The notes under the pieces were generated by a model. It saw only the letters and a program-made list of their open reading frames with translations. It did not search any database and was not told the DNA's origin. This document shows positions 42,434-57,406 of a stretch of 64,000 bases of DNA, in pieces. Source of the DNA: Eledone cirrhosa (taxonomy: Eukaryota); NCBI GenBank assembly GCA_964016885.1, contig OZ024743.1, forward strand, positions 227,478,001 to 227,542,000, written 5' to 3'. Position 1 is the stretch's first letter. Each line of letters starts with the position of its first letter. Position numbers and translations under genes: made by a program.

Positions 42434-44478
42434 ATATAATATATAATACACACTAATTTATACACGATATAGCGTCTGTAGTAATAGTTAGATTCAAGAT
42501 CGACCAAGGGCTTATTATCGATTGCAAATATGTTTCCAAATGACTGATTTTGCGAAACGTCTGGCTGGAATAGATGTGAAAAATTGAAAGAAATCAGCAA
42601 GAAGAGAATTGGCACGGGGGAGGTAACCGCGCTTTGAAAATAGTGAGATTTTGTCTCGCTATTACATACACACATATCAATATAATAATTCATATAAATT
42701 ACGAATATACATTAATATACCCATCATATATATTGACAAAAGCTAATGCTGATCACATATATGGACACACGTTGTGCTTATAAATATTTATCTGTCTGGA
42801 ATAGAGTTATGCGCATGTGTATGTGTTTACCTTATATAAGTACAGCGAGCATATGAACATACTAATTAGACGATTGGGTAGGAGTTACTTTGAGTGACAG
42901 GTAAAGTAAAGACAGATAGAATAAGTGGGGAATGCATCAGAAGGATATATAGTTAGTCTGATCAGTGTCAGAGGTGTATCTTTAAAATAATATTGTGTTA
43001 AACCCAACGCGTTTAATGAGGGTGTCATATGTAGTGAATGAGTGATCCTTTATGAAGCGGGATGGGTGAAAATTTGTAAAATATTACAATAGGGTGTTTC
43101 GTGCGTTTAACACGTGCTCTAGATATAGAGCATGGTGCTTGCAGGAAAAGAGTAAATATTTTTTCATTGCAAGCCGTTTAACAAAAATCTCACTTTAATA
43201 TTTAATATAATCTTTATGTGTTTTGAACCCCGGAGAATGGTGGTTTTCTCATTGATAAAAGCCCACATCAGTTCGATTTCTTTTTATATATTTTGGGCAT
43301 ATACAGTATTTTCCTTTCTTTATGTGGTATATATCTGCCGTTTCCCATGCATATTCTGTCATATATATATATATATATATATTATTATTATGTAATAAAC
43401 AACATAAGGCAATTATTCCATTTACCAGTGGTTTCTTAAAAGCAAAAGGTTTTGCTTTCAATCCTCAGAATGAAAAATCCTGGTTTGTTTATTGAATATG
43501 GATTCTAAAAAACCTTTTAATATATAAAATAGGAGGAAAATGTTTGTCTAATAGTTCAAGGAATTTCCTTCCTACATTAGTTTTGACATTTAGAGAGAAG
43601 GGGGGTGTGAACCAAATAATCTTCCTTTTCCTGTTATTATGGTTAGGTTTAGGGGGGGGGAGTAGGTAAATAAGAAATATTTTCTGTAAAACCGCTGTTC
43701 TTAAGTGCTTTATTATAATAAGGGGCGGCTTTATTAAAAATGTCTATAGACGAAGATAAAGTAGAAATCCTACGGCTAATGTTAGGAATAAGATTATTAA
43801 AAACTATAGGGGGATGGCAAGACTCTTTGTGTATATACCTAAGATTTTCATTAGGTTTATGATAGGGTTTAAAAGAGGCAGTAAGTAGATCAAGATTAAT
43901 ATCAAGAAAGTTAGCATTAGTAAGGTTCGTATCTATAGTAATTTTAAGGTTAAGATTAGCAAAGGTACTAATTAAATCTTTACGGAATTTATCAAGATTA
44001 TGGCCATTGGTGGTATGAGAAACTGCTAATCCGTCATCACGGTATAAACCGATATTATGGGACGGAAATTTCTCTTTGAGTGTGTGGAGAAGGAATAATC
44101 CTACTAAGTCGCACACATCCGCACTGTCATAAGAACCCATTGCAACATCGAAAGAGTTTTCAGGGTTTGACTTTTTAACCCAAATATTATCATTAGTAAA
44201 AAGTAAAGTTTTTCTGGCATGAAAGATAATGTCCTCTTCTAATTTGGAGATATTAATGAAGGGTCTTGCAAAATCTAAGGCTTTAGTTAATAAGGAAACG
44301 GTAATAGAAGGGTAAAAATCGACAATATCAAATTGCGTAAATCTACACTTATTTTTACCTTGTATATTATTGAACCAAGAAATAACAGAGGAAGTATTTA
44401 GCCACTGTGAAAGGACAGTGTTAGTTCTAATTTGGAGAATTATTTTTCTTAAGATTTTCTTACTAGCAAGGCCAACCT

Positions 44479-45762
44479 TCAATTTTCAAACTAAACTTTC
44501 TCACGATATCTCTAATTTTAGAAATTCTACAAACACTTTCGTTCTTTCTGATAAAACCAAAAACCTCTTTGAAGTTAATAGTAATTTGTATAACCAACTT
44601 TTAACTAATAGTATTACCAATAAATATCAATTAACTAATAATAATAGCTACAATACTATCAATAAAGAAGCTAAAGAACTAGCTAGTTCTTTACAAATAG
44701 ATAACCGGATTGAAAGCTTAGCTAAGCGTAAAGCATATATTACCCTTAAAGACCATAAATTGGACTTTACTAATCGACCTAGTTGTAGACTGATTAACCC
44801 GGCTAAATCCGAGGTTGGCCTTGCTAGTAAGAAAATCTTAAGAAAAATAATTCTCCAAATTAGAACTAACACTGTCCTTTCACAGTGGCTAAATACTTCC
44901 TCTGTTATTTCTTGGTTCAATAATATACAAGGTAAAAATAAGTGTAGATTTACGCAATTTGATATTGTCGATTTTTACCCTTCTATTACCGTTTCCTTAT
45001 TAACTAAAGCCTTAGATTTTGCAAGACCCTTCATTAATATCTCCAAATTAGAAGAGGACATTATCTTTCATGCCAGAAAAACTTTACTTTTTACTAATGA
45101 TAATATTTGGGTTAAAAAGTCAAACCCTGAAAACTCTTTCGATGTTGCAATGGGTTCTTATGACAGTGCGGATGTGTGCGACTTAGTAGGATTATTCCTT
45201 CTCCACACACTCAAAGAGAAATTTCCGTCCCATAATATCGGTTTATACCGTGATGACGGATTAGCAGTTTCTCATACCACCAATGGCCATAATCTTGATA
45301 AATTCCGTAAAGATTTAATTAGTACCTTTGCTAATCTTAACCTTAAAATTACTATAGATACGAACCTTACTAATGCTAACTTTCTTGATATTAATCTTGA
45401 TCTACTTACTGTCTCTTTTAAACCCTATCATAAACCTAATGAAAATCTTAGGTATATACACAAAGAGTCTTGCCATCCCCCTATAGTTTTTAATAATCTT
45501 ATTCCTAACATTAGCCGTAGGATTTCTACTTTATCTTCGTCTATAGACATTTTTAATAAAGCCGCCCCTTATTATAATAAAGCCCTTAAGAACAGCGGTT
45601 TTACAGAAAATATTTCTTATTTACCTACTCCCCCCCCCCCCTAAACCTAACCATAATAACAGGAAAAGGAAGATTATTTGGTTCACACCCCCCTTCTCTC
45701 TAAATGTCAAAACTAATGTAGGAAGGAAATTCCTTGAACTATTAGACAAACATTTTCCTCCT
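44479..45762 (+). pseudogene. Penelope-type reverse transcriptase fragment
   Basis: Motifs include LKDHK..CRLINPAKSE, QFDIVDFYPSI, VAMGSYDSADVCDLVG, GLYRDDGL, NFLDINLDL and CHPP. After a poly-C frameshift it continues [33 protein letters not shown]. Confidence 0.88.
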
Positions 45763-45817
45763 ATTTTATATATTAAAAGGTTTTTTAGAATCCATATTCA
45801 ATAAACAAACCAGGATT

Positions 45818-45877
45818 TTTCATTCTGAGGATTGAAAGCAAAACCTTTTGCTTTTAAGAAACCACTGGTAAATGGAA
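45818..45877 (+). ncRNA. Type I hammerhead ribozyme (mirror copy on - at 43416-43475)
   Basis: tttcatt-CUGAGGA-12-bp helix II-GAAA-ccactgg-UA-aatggaa. Confidence 0.85.
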
Positions 45878-46005
45878 TAATTGCCTTATGTTCTTTATTA
45901 CATAATAATAATAATTAAGCTCTGTTGCTTACATAGAGCACTCTTTTTTCCTGGACTTTTCCGATGGTATTACTTCATTCACACATATATATATATATAT
46001 ATATA

Positions 46006-46050
<45 letters not shown>

Positions 46051-46318
46051 CATAAAACATGTCTATAGAATCACAAGATAAAATATATACTATTTCCTCT
46101 CCCAATTAGCATAATTAACTATATAAAAAATCGAATAGACCAGGCTATACGAATGAGGCTTCTATGAAGGAATCTCCGACAAATAACCAAAACTAGCGCT
46201 TCGTGTCGGCCGTAGTGGAATATTTATCGAATATTTCGACAGCGTAATCGCCTAGATACAGTCAACTAAGCAGAATTAGGTTTAAAATAAACTAGGAGAA
46301 AATAGAATACATTTAAAT

Positions 46319-46406
46319 ACCTCTACCATGGTTTCGTCCGTGTTTTGAGTTTTCCAATAATTATGTAATAATTATATAAACTCGAGCGCCGGATTCTTCA
46401 GGAAGC
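46319..46406 (-). ncRNA. Type I hammerhead with a long helix II
   Basis: gcttc-CUGAAGA-atccg...cggac-GAAA-CCAUGG-UA-gaggt. Confidence 0.65.
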
Positions 46407-46597
46407 TCGCTCATATCTAGACATTAAATTTTCCAAAACGATCGCGCCAAGAATTCATTTCAAAATGGCTAAAAATCGTGACGTAGTCGCGGTCAAGTTG
46501 GAAGGGGTGTGGTAGTTGCTTACGACTGGTGGCATTTTTGCTAGAAAGCACAGCACAATACAGCCAAATTTTTATCTCAACCCAGTGGGAGATTATT

Positions 46598-46951
<354 letters not shown>

Positions 46952-47577
46952 CATGTATGTATATATCTATATATCCGCATGAACGTGTGTGCGTATCTAT
47001 GTATATGTGAGTTTATAAATATACGGATCACTGTGCATATAGTTGCAGACATATATGTGTGTGTGTGTGTGTGTGTTTATGTATCTATTCCTCATTTAAA
47101 TGTATGTGTATCAAGATTAATACGCCAGGTAGCCTATGTCTACTATAAACATCTGTGTTATATTTTCCTTTCTCCCTTACAAATTTATTATTTATTCCTA
47201 CAAATTTTCTTTACTAGTGATTTCTAAAACTGGAAATAAAATTCCTCGAAGTTCAGGAAAAAAACATTCCAAGAGAAAATAAGAAAAATGATTTTACTTT
47301 AATTTCTCTTGGGAAAGTCGGAAGTTATTTTTCGTTCAATTAACTTTCATGTCTGTAGGTGAGAATTGATATGAACAGAGGCAGAGTGTGAAGGGAGGGG
47401 CGACAACCTCAGTTTTACAATCATTCAGTCTTTTACTACTTCAGCATTTAAACAATGCTACAAAATTGAAAATAATTTTCTACCGAAATGTACGCACATA
47501 TATATGCATAGATAGATATAGATATATAATTGGATAGATCTTTCTCGCCCTTTCTCTTTCTCTGCCTATTTCTCTAT

Positions 47578-47702
<125 letters not shown>

Positions 47703-49671
47703 TTAGTGTGTTTTTCTGTGTGTTAGTGTGAGAGTGTGTGTATGCATATATATAATGATATATTAAACTCCATTGAGTACTATACCACATAATGCACACA
47801 ACTTTACCAGAATTTCCTATATTTCTTCTATAAATAGACGGGTATGTTTTTAATCTACACATGTTCCGTTTTTAGTTTGTATATATATATATATATCTTG
47901 ACAAAGTAAAATTTAACCAAAACGTCAGTATCTATTTAATTGTTTTATTCATCGCGTAATACATTAATTTCTCTCTTCGTTTTCATTTTGTGTTTAGTTA
48001 TGGTTGTGATTGGTTTTTCTGCTCATAAATTGTCTCCTAATATTCTATTACTTCAGCTTTCAGGCCATAATGGCCGTGTGGTATCTCAGCAAAAGCGTAT
48101 TTCCTTAAATCTTAATTTACTTGTCATTTCCTGTATCTCTGTTTCAAAACGTAACGTTCCTATATTCATGGTAAGTGTCGATATATTTTTAAACAGAATT
48201 TGTTGGAAGCTGGTAAATCTCAGTTATTGGTGTCATAAATAATCAGCTTATCACCTTATTCTTTTAGCAACATCTTTAACTTTATCCAATCCCCATTTTT
48301 CACACTTCTAGACTGTAAGGAGGTGAATTCACAGTCGTTAGAATATTTAATACAAAGATGTGCTACTCACTCATGTGCTCCACAATCTAAGTTCAAATTC
48401 TGCCGAGGTCAAATATGGCCTTCGTCTTTCTTGGTCGATAAATAAAATACTAGGCTAGTAATATGAATGATTCTTTCTATGATTCACTCTTTTAATTCGT
48501 TTATTCTCTCTGTTACTTAAAGAAATCGTCTGTGTTCTGATCTGAAGAAGGATGAGCTGCACCAAGTTTAAATGCCCAAGACTCACCAGATGTCGCGATG
48601 ATGCCTCTTCAACTCCATCAGGAGTTAATAGCCTATAGATGAATTGAAATTATATTGTGTCGTTGTATTTGGCAATAAGAATGAAAGGGTGTGTAGTTCC
48701 ATTTAAAAATGAAAACTGTTATCTTTGGTCGTGGAGACAGTTCGATTATGAAGAAGTAATACATTATTATATTTATAAGTAGCATTAAGAATAAAGTAAT
48801 GGCACGAACAAAGTAAACAATATTCGAGACATATTGTAGAGATAAATTTATTTATTATCATATACTAGTTCAAATTGACTATTATTCCATTACTTCAAAT
48901 TTCATGTCAAAAGGAAATACTACTTTGGCGAGAGAACATCAGAGGATTTTTGTTGTTGTTGTTATGAAACATAAAATGATGGAATAGTAGTCAATTTTAA
49001 CTACTATCTTTTAGTATTACTAATATTATTTGTTGTCTGGGAAGGGGGATTAGCAAAATCATTAGATTTTTGTACAAAATGCTTTGCAGCATTTCTCTGA
49101 TTCTATACTTTTTGAGATCATAGCCATCACTATCTCTTTTATCATCTTTGTGATCATCATCATTCTGGTTGTGATGTTTGAGGATGAATATGGGGATCAT
49201 GACTGTGATTCTCACTATGTGCAAAAGGGTCGTGTAAAGGTCTGACTGCCATGGTTGTAGAAGTAGGCTGGTTGTGATAACTGGTGGTGATTGTAGTTGG
49301 CGGTCGTGATCAGCAACATCTCTTTCCTCTACAGCTTCTGCCGCACCACCAGCTTTTCTCACATCATCGCCGTTAGTTTTATGACCATCCTTAATCGCCC
49401 TTTATTACAAACTTGCTCCGCGCTTAACCCTTGATAAAATGCCACCACCACCGTGTTACTTCCATTGATATGACACACATACCTACATGCATTGATAAAA
49501 CCCGGGTATTCGTTCCATCCACTCGCTGTTACACTCAAATCCCAATTTGTCACATCCCTCCTCTTACCATATTTACTCACACTCCAGATGTATTCTCTAA
49601 CTACTTATTTGTGGATAAGAAGAACATTTTAAACAGTTTATATATGTTGTTATTTCTGTTTACCTTTTACA

Positions 49672-49764
<93 letters not shown>

Positions 49765-49779
49765 CACGCACACTTTGAC

Positions 49780-50035
49780 CAGGTCGGATGGTCTTTATTC
49801 TCTCTCGTCCACGATTTCACAGAACTTATGTTCATCGATTTCAGGGACTTGACTCCTTCTTCCTCTCTTTTCGTTGCATCTTGGATTGTTTACTGTCTCG
49901 CTCGTTCCCCTTATTTACGTGTCCCAACGACTTTCTTTAGCCGTTGCTCGCACCAACCGGAGGTATATGGTCTTTAAAGCGATGAAATACCAATGAGGGT
50001 TGGAAGATCACTGATGAAGGGCTCAATTTATTCAT
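49780..50035 (+). repeat. Dispersed repeat homologous to 52152-52415
   Basis: The two copies share ttgctcgcaccaacc.gaggtatatg and cactga.ga.gg. Confidence 0.75.
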
Positions 50036-50044
50036 ATATATATA

Positions 50045-50405
<361 letters not shown>

Positions 50406-50515
50406 TTTCTGAATTTGTTTAGCAAGATTCTTTATCTGAAATCGTGTGTTGAAACCGATATTGTTATACTTTGGTGCGTGTGTTTCTTATTGGCAACATG
50501 ACTCTCCCAAAGTAT

Positions 50516-50624
<109 letters not shown>

Positions 50625-50674
50625 CATATATATATACATATGTGTGTGTGGGTGTGTGGGTGTGTGGGTGTGAG

Positions 50675-50721
<47 letters not shown>

Positions 50722-50726
50722 CATGT

Positions 50727-50776
<50 letters not shown>

Positions 50777-50832
50777 CATATATATATATATACATATGTG
50801 GGTGTGGGTGTGTGTGTGTGAGCAATATATAA

Positions 50833-50863
<31 letters not shown>

Positions 50864-50959
50864 CATGTATTGTATATATATATGTATATATATAAACAAT
50901 ACATGCATACCACACACACACACACGCACGCACAGACATATATCTATCTATATATATAT

Positions 50960-51540
50960 TTAGGTTAGTTGGTTCACCACTGGTTAGAACTGGTCATTCT
51001 GTATGGTCAATCTCGATGTAATATTATGGAGAGTACTCAACGTAATGCAACTCACCCGTCTTCGTTTGTTTAGTTGGTGGTGCGTGTACGGAGTTAATTA
51101 TTATAAAATAACAGGAGGCTGGACTGGTGTAAATCCTTGAAAGGTTTATTATACTATGATCATTTCAATGACCGGGTTCAGTATGAAACCGGTGACATCA
51201 TCAGGTATTCGAAATATAAAAAAAAGTATATAACAGTTAAAATCCATGGGGCTGAAAATCAGAGACAAGAGGACGACCGACTATTTAGCAGCCTCTACCT
51301 CACTCGAGGGCGACCGACTATTTAGCAGCTTCTACTCGAGGGCAATCGACTGAGGTAGAAGCTGCTAAATAGTCGGTCGTCCTCTTGTCTCTGATTTTCA
51401 GCCCCATGGATTTTATCTGTTATATTCCTTTGTTATATTTTGAATACCTGATGATATCACCGAATTCATACTGAACCCGGTCATTGAAATGATCATAGTA
51501 AAATAAACCTTTCAAGGATTTACACCAGTCCAGCCTCCTG

Positions 51541-51544
<4 letters not shown>
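50960..51544 (-). mobile_element. Fold-back element K with hammerheads at 51151-51208 (-) and 51444-51500 (+)
   Basis: Arms ~51108-51302 and ~51351-51544. The ribozyme reads atac-CUGAUGA-..accgg..ccggt..-GAAA-UGAUCA-UA-gtat. Confidence 0.85.
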
Positions 51545-51609
<65 letters not shown>

Positions 51610-51611
51610 GA

Positions 51612-51671
<60 letters not shown>

Positions 51672-51802
51672 AGTTCCACAACAGATAATTCACCATTTCC
51701 GAGAACAATTGTTTCACTTTACTCGGATCATCAGCTCAGTTTAAAACTCATCCCGTGGACTGAGTACTTTACTACTACGGATATAACTCAACAGTGTTCT
51801 AC

Positions 51803-51803
<1 letters not shown>
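51672..51803. mobile_element. Family J relative: inverted arm (hammerhead 51699-51739, minus strand) fused directly to a plus-strand tail
   Basis: ctgag-CUGAUGA-..-GAAACAAUUGUU-ctcgg, followed by the tail ggactgagtactttactactacggatat. Confidence 0.75.
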
Positions 51804-51894
<91 letters not shown>

Positions 51895-51898
51895 TATA

Positions 51899-52454
51899 TG
51901 TGTGCAACCACGCAGTATTCTTCTTCTCGTGTTTTTTATACATATTTACCTCGGCTGCGTTTGTCTGTTTCTCTCTTACTGCTTCCCCGTTCTCTCTGTT
52001 TCTCTCACCTTCTTTCGCCCCCTCTGTCAGTTACACTTTCTCTCGACTGACCTCTTCCTTGCACTTCCACTCACTCACTCTCTGTTTATCCCCTTCTCAC
52101 TTCCTCCCGTTTGGCTAGTAGTGGGGTCTTTTCTTGCTCACATCTCACTCACGTCGGACGGTCTGTATCCCGATCGCTCATGAAATCCACCCAGATTATG
52201 CTGACCAGATAACCATGTTGCTTGTTTATTTTCCTATCTTCGGTTTGCCCTTACCCTTCTATGTTGTTTACTTGTCTCACTCGCTTTACGCGATTTACTT
52301 GTCCCAATAGCTTTTTTTAGTTATTGCTCGCACCAACCTGAGGTATATGATTTTTAATGCGATGAAATATCAATGATGGTAGGCAAATCACTGACGAGGG
52401 ACTAATTTTTTCATATGTAACCCATGTGCAACCACGCAGTATTCTTCTTCTCGT

Positions 52455-52458
<4 letters not shown>
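51899..52458 (+). mobile_element. 560-bp element bounded by 34-bp direct repeats inside (TA)n
   Basis: tgtgcaaccacgcagtattcttcttctcgtgttt occurs at ~51901 and ~52425. Confidence 0.65.
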
Positions 52459-52551
<93 letters not shown>

Positions 52552-52634
52552 GGGATAGAGAGAGTAAGACGTATTAGCCCATTCCTTTACTCTTTAGTTA
52601 CTTATCGATCTCTGAGCTCTGTACTGAGATTGAA

Positions 52635-55174
52635 CTAAATCGTGAGGTTGTGAGTTCGATTCCAGGACCAGGTAATGCGTTATGTCCTTGAGCAAGACAC
52701 TTTATTTCACATTGCTCCTTCTAACTGGAGTTGCGACCGTTAGACAGTATTAGCAATTGGAAAGACCAATGATCACACTATTGGATTGGCCGGATTGTTT
52801 GTGTAGAACGTGATGCTGTGTAGTATCTGTTGTCGCTCTTTGAGCTTTGAGTTCAAACCTCGCCTCTGCTTAACTGAAAATGGGTGTACCACCGTTCTGA
52901 TGTTGCGACCGGCAGATAGTGTCAGCAGTGGACTGCCCAATGGAAAAAAATGTTTGTAGTGTGATCTAAAGATCTGCTCATATATGTCAGCTCAGTCAAA
53001 GCCGATTTGTGGGATTAAAATGCTTTCTGTTTCTACATGGGAAACGTGTGATGATTAATAACAATAGTAGCTTAGGGCGGTGGATTGGCAGAATCGTTAG
53101 AGAATTGGATACCCTGCGTCGTGGCATAGAGTTATGGCCCTTTATATTATGAGTTCAAATCCCACCGAAGTTATCTTTGTCTTTTATCCTTACCGGGTCG
53201 ATAATATAAAGCACTGAGGTGGATTTAATTGTCTTTCCCCTCCCCCAAAATTGCTGGTCTTGTGCCTAAATCAGTAGCTTACTAGTAGCTTAGCAGCATT
53301 TGCTATAGCATTTTTCGTCTGAATCCAAATCCTTCCGAAATCAACTTTACCTTTCATTCTCCCGGGTTCGTTGAAATGTACTGAAGTTGATTTAATTGAC
53401 ATACCCACTCTCTACAAATTGTTGGAGTAGTGCCTTTATTAAAAAACAATTATTTCTTCTAGTACCAGAGATGGTGGTGGGTTGACAGAATACTTAAAGC
53501 GTCGGATAAAATGGTTCGTAGTATTAAGTTATGGCTTATGTTCAAATTTCGCTGAGGTCAACTTTGCCCTTCCTCCTTTCTAGACCGATAAAATAAAGTG
53601 CCGGTCAAGTAGTGAGGTTGATATAATTTATTTTCCCATCTCCTCAAAATTACCGACCTTTTGCCAAAATTAGAATTCATTATTATCAGCGGCGGATTGG
53701 CAATATCGGTCAGGGTCGGACAACACGCTTTGCAGTACAGAGTTCCGTCCCTTTATGGACTGAATTCAAATCTCGCCGAGGGTAACTTTGCCTTTCATCC
53801 TTACGAGGTCGATAAAATAAAGTACCAGTAATGTACTGAGTAATTGCTGGCCTTGTTCCAAAAGTAAAAACAATTATTATTAACACCAAAAATATACACC
53901 TGTTGCTTCAAACATATTAAAGCATATACATATATTCTGATATACGTTACTGAACATAGTACTATGTTTCTGAATAACAATATATAGGCATATGGAGGAC
54001 CTCTTCATCAGAGAAAGTCGCAGATATTAGAGAAACATTTCACTATATAACTTGGTATTGTCTGTTAACATGATTCCATGTGTAGATCAAAATATATATA
54101 TTTTAAATAGCGTTTCATTGCATGTAATACGCACATTAAAAATGTATGTAGTATCCAAAATATACCATTAACAAAATCAGAGCAATGATATTATAATGCT
54201 TTCTTTATTAAGAGCAATGCTATTATAATAACATTAACTTACGTACGGGAACAGTCATATTTGGGACGGGGAAAGTCGATTGAATCTGATCTAATCTGAT
54301 CTAATACTTGAATCTGATCTAATACTTGACTACTACTTTATTTTATTGACCTGGGAAGGATGAAGGACACAGTTGACTCCAGCGGTATTTGAATACAGGG
54401 CGTAAAAAACCGTAAATAAATACCCTAAGTCATTTTATCTGATTTCCTAACGATTCTGCCAACCACTCGATCTAAAGCGGTGCTATTATAATGTAGAGCA
54501 TAAGACAAAATAATTTACAGCATATACTTACGATATTCAACGTTCTGAGGACAAATCTGCCGAGGACAAATCTGCCCTTTATCCTTTCGGAATCCATAAA
54601 ATATAATACAGGTCATGTATTGGTGTCGATGATATAATCAACTTTCTCCTTCACGGTGCCAATGTTTAGAATAATTCTAATAGTTTTAGAGATAAGTCTA
54701 CCACAATTATAGTGAGAATAATTTCATGCAAAGTTCACTGAAAGTACTCGATGAATATGGACACAAAGAAAGAAAGAATATAAAAATTACTAGATGAAAA
54801 ACGCTCTTTAGAGTTCCGTTGGTGGTTTAATAAGATAATCAGATTCTAATAGAATACGACATTAATTTATGACTTAATCCTAAATCAGTTTTATTAAGCT
54901 TCTAAAGAGAACATACTTTTGTATTGCTACAAATATTACAAAACAACAACAACAATATAATAGATAAATTATCAATTACACTACAAATAATACAAAATAT
55001 TAGTGCATACATGTTTTTTCTCTTTCTCCTCGGATTTTTTCCTTTGTTGATGTTGTGTTTTTAGTGATTCAAATTTTATTAGAATAATTAAAAAAGGGGT
55101 AAAAAAAGAAAAGATCAAATTAGAAAATGTTCACATATGTATGTGTGATTTAGTACGTACTCGCACAAAACACA

Positions 55175-55215
<41 letters not shown>

Positions 55216-55940
55216 ACACACACACACTCACACACACACTATATTTGAGGTAGCTTCATTTCTAAGTCTATTAGAATTCTTTCAAATATTGGCACGATGC
55301 CAGCAATTTCGGTTAAGGAGAAACTTGATGACATTATCGACACCAATACATAAACTTTACTATATTTTGTGGATCCCAGTTGGTCTTTTGTTATACGTTA
55401 AGGCAGTAACCATGGACATTGGTGTGAAATCAAATTGGTGTCTATGTTTAAATCTTATTAGATATCCGCTGCTAAGCGTATTCTCTTAGCAAGTCGGCTA
55501 GACAAAAATTATCAGATAGCTAGAGAAATATGGTAAGAAATAATTGTTTCTACTTTTGGCACAAGGCCAACAATTATCCAGTACATTACTGGAACTTTAT
55601 TTTATCGATCCCGCAAGGATGAAAGGGCAAGTTTACCTGGGTGAGATTTGAACTCAGTCCGTAAAGAGACGTAACTCTATGCTGGAAAGCATGGCGTTCG
55701 ATCCTCTACCGATACTGCCAATCCAACGCCGTAAGATGGTAAGAGATAATTATATTTACTTTTTGCACAAGGCCGGCAATTATCCCAGGGCATTATTGTA
55801 CTTTATTTTATCGACCTCGTAAGGATGAAAGGCAAAGTTAACCTCGGCGGAATTTGAACTCAGACCATAAAGGGCCGTAACTCTTTGCTGCAAAGCATGG
55901 CGTCCGACCCTCTACCGATACTGCCAGTCCACCGCCCTAT
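52635..55940. mobile_element. Cluster of ~10 SINE copies of differing age
   Basis: Plus-strand copies at ~52635-52720, 52780-52870, 53074-53275, 53300-53455, 53475-53685, 53688-53880 and 54520-54660. Minus-strand copies at ~54250-54465, 55540-55730 and 55745-55940. Confidence 0.8.
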
Positions 55941-56039
55941 CCGCTGATGTTCTGTTTATTCAAAGAATAAAGTGAATATATCTGAGAGTTTAAATTTGTT
56001 TCCGATTCTATATATTAGAAACCAATATATATATATATA

Positions 56040-56246
56040 TAGGAACCAGTAAGACCCCGACAGCTGAGCTCAATCCGTTTCGACGGCTAATTCTGGACTA
56101 GAATTTAGTCCAGAATTAGCCGTCGAAACGGATTGAGCTCAGTTGTCGGGGTCTTACTGGTTCCTATTACCCACTCTACTACCTCAAGTATTGAGTACTT
56201 TGGTGCGTTATGGTCCACCTGGTTCCTTACCACATTTCCTTCGTTA
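56040..56246 (+). mobile_element. Hairpin mini-element, family D copy 3
   Basis: Arms 56040-56100 and 56106-56166, followed by the tail. Confidence 0.9.
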
Positions 56247-56382
56247 TATATATATATATATATATAATAAAGAATTTATATCTAGTAACATATACATACA
56301 AATGCATATCGATGCTAGCAAATATATAGGTTTTGTCTTAATAACAGTGTGGTTCAATGCATGGGGTTGCAGAACAATAATA

Positions 56383-56879
56383 TAAGAGACGTAAGATAAG
56401 AAAATTATAAAATTAACTTACTTACTAAAATATCACTTGCATTTGTATGTATATATATGTTACTAGATATAAATTCTTTATTATTATCTCCAAAATATTT
56501 GTCGAGCAATACTGGCCATGACTGCTGCTACGGTAGTAGGCTGGCCGCTGTCTTATTAACAACCCACTTTCCACCGATTGACCTCGATGTCACGTGTTCG
56601 ATTCTTTTTGAATTTGCCACAGACACAGAGGCAGTGATTTTCTCAATGGCTAGGAAGTAAGTCCACGCTTTGCTATTTCCTATTCACTGATTTATTTTTT
56701 AATAAGCTTCCAGAGTCCTCGCTTTGCCTGGAAACTTATATGAGAATAGACTTTCCTGATGACGGGATGTTTCTCCACACCTTCTTCGGAAGATGTATCT
56801 ACTCCATTCCAGAAACTAATTAGTTGGAAGTGATATTTTAGTAAGTAAGTTAATCTTATAATTTTCTTATCTTACGTCT

Positions 56880-56883
<4 letters not shown>
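56383..56883 (+). mobile_element. Fold-back element M (~55-bp arms, ~385-bp spacer)
   Basis: 56383-56438 is the reverse complement of 56828-56883. Confidence 0.75.
56750..56831 (+). ncRNA. Type I hammerhead ribozyme
   Basis: actttc-CUGAUGA-c gggatg...cattcc a-GAAA-CUAAUUAG (palindrome)-UU-ggaagt. Confidence 0.75.
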
Positions 56884-57282
<399 letters not shown>

Positions 57283-57380
57283 AAAGTAGTAACACAAGTT
57301 ACTACTTCTACCAAACTCGTCCCATGACTGAGTGCTCTACAACTACTACTACGGATATTACCTTGTTACCTTCTACCTTT
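57283..57380 (+). mobile_element. Minimal family J relative (10-bp hairpin plus tail)
   Basis: aagtagtaac-acaa-gttactactt, then a tail homologous to the reverse complement of 50045-50108. Confidence 0.7.
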
Positions 57381-57406
57381 ATATATATATATATATATAT
57401 ATATAG

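Larger units (their letters stand above)
43381..45977 (+). mobile_element. Penelope-like element, 5'-truncated, with a 1.1-kb inverted duplication; endonuclease region absent
   Basis: Arms 43381-44478 and 44812-45911, spacer 44479-44811 and tail 45912-45977, with (TA)n flanks. Confidence 0.92.

Noticed and set aside
44370-44478. N-terminus of the 424-aa ORF (MNQEITEEV...)
   Set aside because: It is antisense sequence of the inverted arm that happens to be in frame. The true RT sense sequence starts at ~44479.
48997-49580. Possible host exons (ORFs 48997-49362 and 49359-49580)
   Set aside because: No recognisable domain and no supportable splice structure. RNA-seq or BLASTX would be needed.
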